Translations under genes and position numbers: made by a program | Notes under the pieces: model-generated | What the model saw: the letters and a program-made list of their open reading frames with translations, nothing else | What the model was told of the DNA's origin: nothing | The model's database searches: none | Part shown: piece after piece, positions 39,446 through 49,512 of the stretch | Numbering within the stretch: position 1 is the first letter of the stretch | How the letters are laid out: each line of letters begins with the position of its first letter | Assembly: GCA_963804165.1 (NCBI GenBank) | Contig: CAWDPO010000015.1 | Location: forward strand, 136,377-200,376 | Length of the DNA: 64,000 bases | Direction: 5' to 3' | Origin: an uncultured delta proteobacterium | GTDB taxonomy: Bacteria > Desulfobacterota > Binatia > UBA9968

Positions 39446-40507
39446 TTGAAACTAAGAGTCGGTAACGCCTGCTGGCACGCCTTTCACGTGCAACATGCCG
39501 CTGTAGCGCTCGAAGCAGGTTTTTTTGCACAAGAAGGGATCGACGTCGAGATCGTCCACGCCAAGATCAATCCCAAAGCGATATCGTCGAGTCGGCCGGG
39601 CGGCGAACGCTACGATGAAGTCGGCACGGTGGTTCGCGATATGATCGCTTACGGCATAGATATTATCCCCGATGTCCATGTGCGCACGCCGTTCGCCGAG
39701 CGCGCCCTGGGCAATGATGAGGTGCGTATCATCGGCGGTTGGCGTAGCCAATTCCGCGGCAGTCTCGTCGCTGCCCCCGGCATCAAGTCGCTGCAAGATT
39801 TGCGCGGCAAGCGCATCGGCGACTGGTATAAAGGAGGCATCGCCACTATGTGGTTCGAGCAGCAACTGCGTAAATCCGAGATCGATCCTGAGCGCGATGT
39901 CGAGTGGAAGATCGGCTACAAGTACGGGTCGTTGCGCGAGGCTTGGAAGCCTCTGCTCGCCGGCGAAACCGACGCGGCCATCGTGCAGAACCCGTTCGTG
40001 CCGCAATTACTGGAGCGCGGCTTTAACCGGCTTTACGATTTTGTCGAGGACAACAAGCCGCATGGACGGCCCGATCGTGTGACCGTGGCGCGCAAGTCGT
40101 TCATCGAGCGCAATCCGGAAATGATCAAACGCTACTGGAAAGCTTCGATTCGCGCCTATCAGTTCATGCGCATCAAGGAAAACTATCCGTTATTTCGCGC
40201 CGTCGAAGCCCGGCTGCGGGTCAACAATCCCGACGAAGCGGAACGTACCCGCGACTTGTTCCCGATAATGCTGATGGACGATCATTTCTTTCCGCTGGAC
40301 GGGCAAGTCAGCAGCGAGGGGATCTGGCGCATTCTCGAAGAACACAAATCCGGCGGCGCGCTGCCAGCTTCCTTGCGGCGCGCCGACGTCGACGAAGTGC
40401 GCCGCACGGAGCTCGTCGAAGAAGCCTGGGCGGAAGTCTCACAAACCGACGAAGTCAAACGCAACCTAGAGCGGCTGCGGCCGGTGATCGAAAAAGTGGG
40501 ATTTTAA
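39446..40507 (+). CDS. NMT1/THI5-fold protein lacking a signal peptide
   Basis: AAGGAGG RBS then TTG; GFFAQEGIDVE, DLRGKRIG, GETDAA; no hydrophobic leader. Confidence 0.8.
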   Translation: MKLRVGNACWHAFHVQHAAVALEAGFFAQEGIDVEIVHAKINPKAISSSRPGGERYDEVGTVVRDMIAYGIDIIPDVHVRTPFAERALGNDEVRIIGGWRSQFRGSLVAAPGIKSLQDLRGKRIGDWYKGGIATMWFEQQLRKSEIDPERDVEWKIGYKYGSLREAWKPLLAGETDAAIVQNPFVPQLLERGFNRLYDFVEDNKPHGRPDRVTVARKSFIERNPEMIKRYWKASIRAYQFMRIKENYPLFRAVEARLRVNNPDEAERTRDLFPIMLMDDHFFPLDGQVSSEGIWRILEEHKSGGALPASLRRADVDEVRRTELVEEAWAEVSQTDEVKRNLERLRPVIEKVGF

Positions 40508-40527
40508 GGCGTCCACCGTTCGTCGAT

Positions 40528-40560
40528 TTGAACGGCTTGAACGATTGGAACGTATTGAGC
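40528..40560. repeat. Short 9-mer tandem repeat between convergent genes
   Basis: TTGAACGGC TTGAACGAT TGGAACGTA TTGAGC. Confidence 0.55.
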
Positions 40561-40563
40561 TCT

Positions 40564-41544
40564 TTATAATCCTAATTCCTTCTGTGCTTGTTTAACGAAA
40601 CTCTGGTCGGCGTATTTTTCCGGACTCGGCAGCGGCTCTTTGAGAATGCCATCTCTAAATTGCACTTCGATATTCACTTTCAGCCCGTCGAGGGTCACCG
40701 ACCCGTCGATGGGAAAAACTTTGTTTTTGGTAAAATAGTCGATGCCGCGGCGCGCGTAGGGTTGCTTCACGCCCATCTCGCTCGTGAATAACTCCGCGGC
40801 CAGCTCTGGCTGCTCGTGGATCCAGCGCAGCGAACGAATGTGCGCTTTGAGGAATTTCACCACGGTGGCGCGGTTTTTCTCCGCCCACGGCGGATTCACC
40901 GTGATGCCGTTGAATTGGTACGTCGGAATCAATTCCATCGTGTCGCCGAGCTTGTTAAAGCCTTGATCGATGGCGATATCCGAATATGGAATGCCGAGAA
41001 TGCCGGCGGCGATCGCGCCGCTCTCCAGCGCGGTCAGCCGCGCCGCTGTGCCGCCGGAGATCACGCTGAAGGTGTAGTCGCGCGGATAGTGCAGCCCTTT
41101 GCTTTTGAGGTAATCCACGAGAATGGAAGTCGCGCCGCCGCGCAAGCCTGAGACTCCCAGACGCGCGCCTTTGAGGTCGTCGAGTTTTTTGTATGCCTTG
41201 CCGCCGACAAGTATATACGGCGCGGCGTTGTCGACACCGGCGATGACTTTGAGATTACCGCCCTTCTCGTTGACTAGAATCACGCCGTCGGAATTGAGCG
41301 TGCCGAAGTTAATCTCGCCGGCGATCAGTGCTTGCAGTTGCACATCGCTGCGGCCGATGAGAATCAATTCGACTTTAAGATTCTCCGCGTTGTAAAAACC
41401 CTTTTTTTGCCCGATGTAAAACGGCAAATAGAAAAGCGTCTTCGAGGTCATGCCGACTTTAAGCGATTGCGCCAGCGCTTGCGGCGCCGGGATCAAATTG
41501 ATGATGAACAGCAAAACGATCGCCAGGGGGGATATCATTGGCAT
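40564..41544 (-). CDS. NMT1-like ABC solute-binding protein
   Basis: Signal peptide, KGFYNAENL, DLKGARLG, DQSFV. Confidence 0.87.
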   Translation of the reverse strand: MPMISPLAIVLLFIINLIPAPQALAQSLKVGMTSKTLFYLPFYIGQKKGFYNAENLKVELILIGRSDVQLQALIAGEINFGTLNSDGVILVNEKGGNLKVIAGVDNAAPYILVGGKAYKKLDDLKGARLGVSGLRGGATSILVDYLKSKGLHYPRDYTFSVISGGTAARLTALESGAIAAGILGIPYSDIAIDQGFNKLGDTMELIPTYQFNGITVNPPWAEKNRATVVKFLKAHIRSLRWIHEQPELAAELFTSEMGVKQPYARRGIDYFTKNKVFPIDGSVTLDGLKVNIEVQFRDGILKEPLPSPEKYADQSFVKQAQKELGL

Positions 41545-41677
41545 CGATCCTCCTTCGCTCCGGATATGGCCTGTAGCAGTCTCCGCGGACTTGGCGGCAA
41601 TGTAGTATATCGACTTCTACCTTGACAATGCTGACCGGGGGGTTGTATGCCGCAGACTCGGAGGGAGACGGCCGCGT

Positions 41678-42706
41678 ATGAAAACTCTTATTGCCGCTCT
41701 GACCATGCTCACCTTCGTCAGTCTGCCGATTCTCGGGCACGCCAACCCATACCTTGCCAAACCGGGAGAATCGCCAACCACGGTCCGCGTCGCCGCCTGC
41801 GCGATCACCGGCGGTTTCATTCATCTGTATGCCGCCCTCGATAACGGCCTCTTCGATAAGTACGGTATGAAGGTTGAATCTGTCTCGATTCGTGGCAGCG
41901 GCGTTGCTTTGGCGGCGTTGGCCGCCGACGAGATTCAATTCCTCTATTGCGCCGCCGACGCGACGATACCCGGAATGGCCGCCGGCAGCGACGCGAAGCT
42001 GATCGCTTCTCCGCTCGTCGGTCTGCCCTGGGTCATGCTCGCTCGCAAAGACATCAAGAGGCCGGAAGATTTGAAAGGCAAAAGTATCGCGGTGACGAGG
42101 GCCGGCGATCTGACCTTCCGATTGGCGCGCGCGCTGCTCAAGAAATTCAATCTCAGCGAGAATGACGTGAACATTCGCACCGTCGGCGGCACCGGCCAAG
42201 TGGAACCGTTCAACGCCATGCATGCCGGTATCGCGGAAGCGGCTCTGGTGACGCCGCCGCTCGACGTCCGCGGGCGACGCAATGGCTTCAACGTGATTTA
42301 TCGTCTGAACGATCTCGGCGTGCCGGCGGTCTACAGTTCGCTGCACACCAATGCCAAGTCGCTCAAAGAGCGTCCTGCCCTGGTGCAAAGATGGACCGCC
42401 GCGCTGGCGGAATCGATCCATTTTGTCGAGAAGAATCCGGACAAAGGCAAAGCCGCCGTGAGCAAGGCGCTCAAGCTCAACGATGCCGACGCGCTGCAAT
42501 CGGCGTACGACGCTTATGCGAAGTTGCTGGTCAACCGCCGCTTGATCGTGCCCGAAGGCACGGTCGCAGGCGTGATCGAAGTGGCGCGCGAGCAAGGCAC
42601 CAACGTGCGCCGCAAGGCTGCGGAGATGATCGACAACCGCTTCGCCGAAGATTTGGACAAGAGTGGTTTCCTCAAAGAGCTATGGGGCGGAGAAGTCGCC
42701 CGCTAG
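41678..42706 (+). CDS. NMT1-like ABC solute-binding protein
   Basis: Signal peptide, GLFDKYG, DLKGKSI, IDNRF...SGFL. Confidence 0.87.
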   Translation: MKTLIAALTMLTFVSLPILGHANPYLAKPGESPTTVRVAACAITGGFIHLYAALDNGLFDKYGMKVESVSIRGSGVALAALAADEIQFLYCAADATIPGMAAGSDAKLIASPLVGLPWVMLARKDIKRPEDLKGKSIAVTRAGDLTFRLARALLKKFNLSENDVNIRTVGGTGQVEPFNAMHAGIAEAALVTPPLDVRGRRNGFNVIYRLNDLGVPAVYSSLHTNAKSLKERPALVQRWTAALAESIHFVEKNPDKGKAAVSKALKLNDADALQSAYDAYAKLLVNRRLIVPEGTVAGVIEVAREQGTNVRRKAAEMIDNRFAEDLDKSGFLKELWGGEVAR

Positions 42707-42719
42707 AAGGAGTCGATTA

Positions 42720-43685
42720 ATGTTACGCCAATTCATCGTTTGGCTTTTTATTCCATCACTATTCTCCTTACCGCAAATCCTTTGGGCGCAAGCTTATCCC
42801 AGGCAGCCGATCAACCTCGTAATTCCCCTTGCTCCGGGCGACACGACCGATGTGGCGGGACGTCTGATCGGCGAGGAGTTGTCCAAGCAGCTCAAAGTGC
42901 CGGTCGTGCCGGTAAATCGGCCCGGTGCGGGAGGAACGCTGGGAACCGACACGGCTGTGAAAGCGGCCAAGGACGGCTACACGATTCTCATTACCAACAA
43001 CGCATCGCTGGTCTATAACCGGATTCTCACGCCGGAGACGGTGCCCTACGACCCGTTCAAAGATCTGGCGGCTTTGGGCTTGGCGGGGCGCACGCCCATA
43101 ATGCTGGCCGTTCGCAGCGACGCTCCTTACAAAAATTTCAACGAGATGGTGGATTTTGCGAAGAAGAATCCAGGTGGCATGCGCATCGGCACGGTGGGCG
43201 TTGGATCGGTCGGCCATTTTACTGTCGAAATCATCAACTCACTCACCGGCGCCGGGATCACAATGGTCCCATTCAAGGGAGCGGGACCGGGCGTCACCGC
43301 TACCCTGGGCGGCCACATCGAGGGAGTGGTCGTCGCGCAGGGCGTCGCGGCCAGCCACCTCAAAGCCGGAACAATGCGGGGAATTCTCATATCGACCAAG
43401 GCGCCGGAATTTCCCGAAATCCCGACGTTAGCGCAGCTCGGTTATAAACAGAACCTGCTCGGCGTTTGGTCGGCTTTCTTCGCTCCGGCAGGCGTGCCGG
43501 CCGAAGTATCAAAGACGCTGATTGGCGCGCTTGAAAAAGCTATCAAAGAACCGTCTGTTGGATCGCGGCTCGGGAATGTCGGCATGGTCGCCGAGTACCT
43601 CCCGCCGGAGAGGCTGGTTGCAGAGATTCGCGAAGAACATCGGGTCGTGCAGGAGATCGCCAAAAAAGCCGGACTCGCTAAATAG
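42720..43685 (+). CDS. Bug/TctC tripartite tricarboxylate transporter solute-binding protein
   Basis: YPRQPINLVIP, NRPGAGG, DGYT, VPFKG, APAGVP; ATG at 42720. Confidence 0.92.
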   Translation: MLRQFIVWLFIPSLFSLPQILWAQAYPRQPINLVIPLAPGDTTDVAGRLIGEELSKQLKVPVVPVNRPGAGGTLGTDTAVKAAKDGYTILITNNASLVYNRILTPETVPYDPFKDLAALGLAGRTPIMLAVRSDAPYKNFNEMVDFAKKNPGGMRIGTVGVGSVGHFTVEIINSLTGAGITMVPFKGAGPGVTATLGGHIEGVVVAQGVAASHLKAGTMRGILISTKAPEFPEIPTLAQLGYKQNLLGVWSAFFAPAGVPAEVSKTLIGALEKAIKEPSVGSRLGNVGMVAEYLPPERLVAEIREEHRVVQEIAKKAGLAK

Positions 43686-43790
43686 CCGGTGCGCGGGCTC
43701 GACGTTTCAGCCATCGCCCATCTCCACGCCCGAAACAAAGCCTACCGTTTTTTTCGCCGGACAAGGCTTGCTGGGAATCAAATCCACCAA

Positions 43791-44885
43791 TTACAAATTC
43801 AACAACTTGGCGGCGTTCTCGCCGCAGATCTTTTCTTTTTGACGCTTCGTCAAATCCGACCGTTCCATGATGCCCGACACCGTGTGCGGAAACTCCGAAT
43901 CGAAGTGCGGATAATCGGTGGCCATCAGGATGTGATCTTCGCCGACTTCTTTGAGTGATTGGCTCATGTCGCCTTCGTCCGCTTCGCAAGTGACGTAGCA
44001 GTTTCGTTTAACGTATTCCGACGGCGGCATCTTGAGCTGGCCGGAGATCTGCGGAAAGTCTTTCGCCCATTCCCAGTCGTCGTCCATGCGGTGCATCCAG
44101 TATAGCGGCCACTCGGCGCTGCACTCGAAGAACGCAACTTTGAGCTTGGGAAACATTTCGAAGACGCCGCCGAGCACAAGCGCGACCAAGGCCGGCGTGC
44201 AATTCATCACCCGGCCGAGCACGTGGGTCTTGAAAAAATTGTCGAAGCGGTCGGTCAAATCGCCGTTGCTGTTGGGATGACAGAAAAGCGGCACGCCCAA
44301 CTCCTCTGCAGCCTGGTAGTACGGATAAAAACTCGGATGATCGACGTTTCGCCTGCCGATGTAGGGCACAAGATGAGACGCTTTAAAGCCAAGTTCTTTC
44401 ACGCAGCGGCGCAGTTCGTTGGCCATTTCTTCCGGGCACCCGGCCGGCGCCATGGCGACCGGCAGAAATACATCTTCATGCCCTTTGACGAGTTTCTTGA
44501 CCCAGTTGTTGTACCCTTGTGCGCAAGCGAGTCCAAGTCCGCCGACGTTTTCCGTGGCGACATTGATGCCTGTGGGAAAGAGGATCTGCTTATCGAGACC
44601 TTCCTTCTTGATGTCGTTATAGCGAAACTCCATGTCGTGGCCGGCGATCTGGCGCGCCGCGATCTCACCGTTGCGCCAGTTCACTTTGGGATCGTAGATA
44701 TAAGGATGGCGATGCGCGGCGCGTCCCTGCGGGTCGCCGGGATCGAGCTGGTGAATCCACTTGGTGTTATGGTTTCTGCCCTCGCCGGCTTTTTGCGGCG
44801 TAAAGCGCGCGTAGGGTTCGGGCAAGTCGTAAACTTCGTCCATGAAGTAACCTTCACGCAAATGGGAATCGAGATCGATAATCAT
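43791..44885 (-). CDS. Amidohydrolase_2 family protein
   Basis: IDLDSH, YNNW, FCHP, FFEC, ATDYPH, GENA. Confidence 0.9.
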   Translation of the reverse strand: MIIDLDSHLREGYFMDEVYDLPEPYARFTPQKAGEGRNHNTKWIHQLDPGDPQGRAAHRHPYIYDPKVNWRNGEIAARQIAGHDMEFRYNDIKKEGLDKQILFPTGINVATENVGGLGLACAQGYNNWVKKLVKGHEDVFLPVAMAPAGCPEEMANELRRCVKELGFKASHLVPYIGRRNVDHPSFYPYYQAAEELGVPLFCHPNSNGDLTDRFDNFFKTHVLGRVMNCTPALVALVLGGVFEMFPKLKVAFFECSAEWPLYWMHRMDDDWEWAKDFPQISGQLKMPPSEYVKRNCYVTCEADEGDMSQSLKEVGEDHILMATDYPHFDSEFPHTVSGIMERSDLTKRQKEKICGENAAKLLNL

Positions 44886-44908
44886 AGCGCCCTCCTGCTT
44901 GGACCGAC

Positions 44909-45859
44909 TTACTTCCCCCCTAACATTTTGATGAACGAGCGGTCAACCATGTCGTCGAGGGTCACTTTCTTTTTTATTCGTCCCGTTTGGAATTCCTCTT
45001 CGATCACAACGGGAATTACTTTTTCGGAGATTTGGCCGTTGAGCGGAAACGAATCGCGATACTCGTCATAACCCGCCGGAGCGTAGGCGGGATCCAACTT
45101 GACATATTTCCCCATGATTCGCACCGCATCGGCCTTGTTCTCATGGGTATACTTGACGCCCTTTTGATAGGCGCGAAGAAATTTCGTGACTTGATCTTTT
45201 TCCTTGCTGAGATAAGACTCCCTGGCGGCAAATGTTTCATAGGGCCATTCCGGAAAGACTTCTTTCAAGTCGAGGAGCTTATTGTATCCCTGTGCTTTCG
45301 CGATCTCCGTCACCGGGAACCACACCAGGGAAGCGTCCACGCCCTTTGCCGACAATGCGGCGAAGCGTGCCGGCGTGCTGCCAATCTGGAGAATCGTTAC
45401 GTCCTTCTCATCCACGCGAAAGTGGCGCAAACTCGATCGCGTCAAAAAGTCCGTGAGCGACCCGAAGCGGCTGATCGCGAACCGTTTGCCTTTGGCTTGC
45501 TTCATCGACTTGAAATCCGGCTGCGAGTAAAGCTGGAACGGCATGATATTGGAGACGCCCCAAAAATTCTTGATATCGACCCCCGCGGCGCGCCCGCCGA
45601 TCGTTTCCACGAAGGCGCTGCCCATGATCTGCACATCGCCGCCGATGAGCGCCTGGAGATTCGTTGCCCCGGCATTGAACAAAACCAGCAGAACATCGAG
45701 CCCTTCGTCTTTAAAGAATCCCTTGGCTTCGGTAACGTAAACCGGTAAGAAAGCTACGTTGACCGACGACAGCCCGACTATGATTTTAGCCGAGCTCGAT
45801 TGTGGCAAGACACCCAGCAGCAACAGTGTGGCTAGCGCCAGCATTCTAATTGGTTTCAT
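44909..45859 (-). CDS. NMT1-like ABC solute-binding protein
   Basis: Signal peptide, KGFFKDEGL, ISRFGS, VDRSFI; likely ATG at 45859. Confidence 0.87.
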   Translation of the reverse strand: MKPIRMLALATLLLLGVLPQSSSAKIIVGLSSVNVAFLPVYVTEAKGFFKDEGLDVLLVLFNAGATNLQALIGGDVQIMGSAFVETIGGRAAGVDIKNFWGVSNIMPFQLYSQPDFKSMKQAKGKRFAISRFGSLTDFLTRSSLRHFRVDEKDVTILQIGSTPARFAALSAKGVDASLVWFPVTEIAKAQGYNKLLDLKEVFPEWPYETFAARESYLSKEKDQVTKFLRAYQKGVKYTHENKADAVRIMGKYVKLDPAYAPAGYDEYRDSFPLNGQISEKVIPVVIEEEFQTGRIKKKVTLDDMVDRSFIKMLGGK

Positions 45860-45889
45860 CGTATTTTCCTTTCTCGTCGAGTCCCGCAA

Positions 45890-48164
45890 CTATACACCCG
45901 TCTTCGCCTGCTTCGCATTCTGAAATGCGCGCCAAACACGTTCGGGTGTCAGCGGCAATTCGCGGATGCGTATACCAGCCGCACGATAAAGCGCATTGCC
46001 GACCGCCGGCGCCACGGAGACGATTCCCGACTCGCCCATTCCCTTGGCGCCGTAGGGGCCGGGACCATCATGATTCTCTATCAATATTGAGTCAAACCGG
46101 TCCGGCAAATCGGTGAAGCGGGGCACGCGGTAGTCGATCAAGCCGGCATTGAGCGGTTGCCCATTCTCATACACCAGGGACTCGAACAAGGTGTGGCCGA
46201 AGCCTTGGATCGCCGCGCCTTCGTCCTGGCCTTCTGCCTGGATTGGATTGATCGCCTTACCGACGTCGGCCACGGTAACGTAGCGTTTGATCCGCAGCTC
46301 GCCGGTTTCGCCATCCACGTCTATTTCTGCTGCGCCCATACCGGTTTCCCAAAACAGCGGGAATGTCGAACCAAGCCCGCTGCCGGGGCGCATGTAGCCG
46401 CGGCCGATCAATTCACCTCCGGGCATACCGAAGTAAGCGCTCACGATCTTGCTGTAGTCGAGGCGCTTGCCCGCTGAACAAGCTTCCCCGTCTTTCAACG
46501 TGATCGTGTTCGTGGTCGTGTCAAGAATTTCCGCCGCGGCGCAGATCAATTGCTTGCGCAGATCCTCAGCGGCGGCTTTGACGGCGCTACCCATAACCGT
46601 GGTCGAACGGCTCGCACCGGTGGAGCGATCGAAGGGCGTCACACCGGTATCCGTGCCGCGCATCGACACCCGCTCGACGGGCACCGATAATTCATGCGCG
46701 ACGATTTGACAGAGAACGGTGCGCGCGCCTTGGCCGACTTCAGTGCTCCCGGCGAGCAGAAGCATGCTGCCGTCGGCGAGCAATCGCACCAGCGCAACGG
46801 ACACCGGCATCGCCTCCGAATCGGAAACGCCGACGGCAACACCGGCACCGCTGTGTTTGGAACTGCGGGCATGCAGGCAATTCAAAGACTCCACGGCGGC
46901 CTTTGTGCCCTGGCATAGATCGGCGTCAATCGGGGTCGCTCCGGGTTTCAAGACTTCGCCGCGCCGCAGGAGATTGCGCAGGCGAAATGAAATCGGGTCG
47001 GCACCGAGTCGCGCTGCGATCGTGTCCATGTGCGATTCCAGCGACCAAATCGTTTGCGGCCCGCCGATGGAGCGCATCGAGCCCGCCGGGACAGTATTAG
47101 TGTAAAGCGCCAACACATCGACCTCGCAGTGATCGAGTTTGTACGGACCGATCATGCGGCTGATCGCGCGTTTCGCGACCCGCGGGCCGTTGTCGGCATA
47201 GGCGCCGGTATCGAGCAATACTTCCGCTTCGCGCGCGAGCAAAGTTCCGTCGCGCTTGACGCCGGTCTTGATCCGCACGCGCGCCGAATGGCGGCGTGTC
47301 GTCAGCATCGATTCGGCAACGCTTTGAACAACACGCACCGGCCTGCCGCCGGTTTTGCGCGCCAGCGCGACGACCAGCGGTTCGATTTTGAAATAGGACT
47401 TACTGCCGTAGGCGCCGCCGACAAAAGGCACCACCACTTCCACTTTTGAGTGCGGCAAGTGAAACATATGCGCCAGCTCGGAACGAACCAAGAACGGGTG
47501 CGCGGATGAGCTCGACAGAGTGATGCCGTCAGGAGTCACCTGGGCGATCGTCGTGTGGGGCTCCATTGCATACTGGCAGACCATCGGAAACGTGAAAGTT
47601 TCTTCGATGATCACTTCGGCTTGCGCGAAACCAAAAGGGGGATCGCCTTTGACGAATTGCTCGCGATGACAGATGTTGCCGCCGAAGTCAGTGCCGACGC
47701 CAGCTAACGTCGTGGAATTCACCGCTGCGCGCCATGTGATCGTGCAGACGCGGCGCGCCGTCGGCAAGCGCGGCGTCGATATCAGCCACGCAGAGCAATT
47801 CCTGATAGCGCACGTCGATCAGTGACAGCGCCTCTTCTGCGGTCAGCGCGTCTTCAGCAGCAACAACGGCCACGGGTTCGCCGACGAAGCGAACCCGGTC
47901 GATCGCAACCACCGCGCGATCGCGCAGGCAATTGCCATAATATGGATCGATGTCTTTGAGATCATCTCGGGTCAAAATTGCCACGACGCCGGGAAGCGCC
48001 CCGGCCTTACTCGTGTCGATCGATTCGATCAGCGCGTGCGGCAACGGGCTGCGCAGCACTTTGGCCTCGAGCAGACCGGGCATGGCGAGATCGCCGGTAA
48101 ATTTCGCCGCACCGGTCACCTTCTCAACGCCGTCAATGCGTGGAATCGAAGCACCGACTATCAT
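45890..48164 (-). pseudogene. Second xanthine dehydrogenase-family Mo large subunit with one frameshift (about 47705)
   Basis: N-terminal DGVEKVTG in ORF 47688-48164; VGGAYGSK, EVGQG and KGMGESG in ORF 45890-47767. Confidence 0.88.
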
Positions 48165-48241
48165 GATAGATAGGCGCTGGTAGATCGCGCTGGAAAAGCC
48201 AAATTCAAATGAAAATAAGCACTAGCGAGCTCAGAAAGGTA

Positions 48242-48336
48242 CCTTCTCCCTCGACGGGGGAAGGTAAGGATGGGGGTGCCAGCATACTGCAATGGATGGA
48301 CACCCCCACCTTCATCCTCCCCCGTCGAGGGAGAGG
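48242..48336. repeat. Long inverted repeat (REP-like)
   Basis: CTCCCTCGACGGGGGAAGGTAAGGATGGGGGTG ... CACCCCCACCTTCATCCTCCCCCGTCGAGGGAG. Confidence 0.8.
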
Positions 48337-48397
48337 AAAGATCCTTGCGCAGGCATTCATCGCGGATCAAATGTGACGTCATGCGAATTCGCGCAAG

Positions 48398-49429
48398 TCA
48401 GATCACCGACTGCTCAGGCAGGATCGTCTTCAGCACCCGCAAGTAATTCTCGCCGAGGATCAATTTGATGTCCTCATCCTTGTAGCCATGGCGCTGCAAG
48501 CCGCCGATCAGATTCGGCAAATCTTCGATTTCCTCGAAGCCTTTGATCAGCGGGTCCTTGTGCAGCGGATGGTGACGATCCTTGAGCGTGCGCGGCCCGT
48601 CGTATTTGACAAAGTCCATTCCCAACGCGAGATGCTCGATGCCGACCAGATTGATCATGTAGTCCATGTGCTTGAGCATATCTTCGATCGCTACTTCGCC
48701 TTTCCCTACACGCTCGGGCAAGGCCAGGATTCCAACCAGGCCGCCCTGGTTTGCGATCGCCTTGATTTGATCGTCGGCGAGATTGCGCGGGTTGTCGAGC
48801 ATGCCGCAGGCGTTCGCATGGCTCACGAGCAACGGCGCCGTAGCCGCGTCCAACGCCTGAAAAAATCCCTCGCGGTTCATATGCGACAGATCGACGACCA
48901 TTCCCAAGCGATTCGCCTCTTTGATCACTTCAACGCCGAAATTCGTCAGGCCGCCGCCAGTGCGGTTTTCCCAGACGCCATCGCCCAGTTCGTTGCGAAA
49001 ATTCCACACGGGCTGTAGCGAGCGCAATCCCATGCGGTAAAAGTTTCTGAGGTTATGGATGCTGCCGCGCAGCGGCATGCAGCCTTCGAAGTGGAGCAAA
49101 AATTTAACACTCCCCGGCTCGACTTTTTCCGGCAGATCGCCGCGCGTCTTGACCATCTGGATCATACCCTCTGAGCGCGGTGCCTCTTCGAGAAACTGGT
49201 CGATCTGATCGAGCGCGGTTTCCAGATAGCGTCCGGTGTTTTGCGAATGGGAATAGGAATCGCCGCTGATGGCGTAGACGGTCATGTTGATGCCGTCGCG
49301 AATCAGCCTGGGTGCCACGGCATCGCGGATCGGCGATTTTTCACCGATGGAGATCCGATAGAGCTGCTCGTAAACGTCGCGGTGCCCCTCGATGACCAGG
49401 CTATTCGCCAATAAATCTTTTGCATCCAT
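48398..49429 (-). CDS. Peptidase M19 (membrane dipeptidase-like) family protein
   Basis: EGHRD, HFEG, GGLTNFG, DLSH, SHAN, PRNL, GMDF, GEN. Confidence 0.88.
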   Translation of the reverse strand: MDAKDLLANSLVIEGHRDVYEQLYRISIGEKSPIRDAVAPRLIRDGINMTVYAISGDSYSHSQNTGRYLETALDQIDQFLEEAPRSEGMIQMVKTRGDLPEKVEPGSVKFLLHFEGCMPLRGSIHNLRNFYRMGLRSLQPVWNFRNELGDGVWENRTGGGLTNFGVEVIKEANRLGMVVDLSHMNREGFFQALDAATAPLLVSHANACGMLDNPRNLADDQIKAIANQGGLVGILALPERVGKGEVAIEDMLKHMDYMINLVGIEHLALGMDFVKYDGPRTLKDRHHPLHKDPLIKGFEEIEDLPNLIGGLQRHGYKDEDIKLILGENYLRVLKTILPEQSVI

Positions 49430-49512
49430 AGGACCGATCCCTTTCTTGAAGGCGTTCCAGTATTGCGGTAGTAATACCGGCTAACACCCTTACAAGCAAG
49501 ATAGATATTTCT

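Noticed and set aside
34776-48164. Programmed frameshifting as the cause of the split genes
   Set aside because: There are no slippery heptamers, the shift directions are mixed, and these families are not known to recode.
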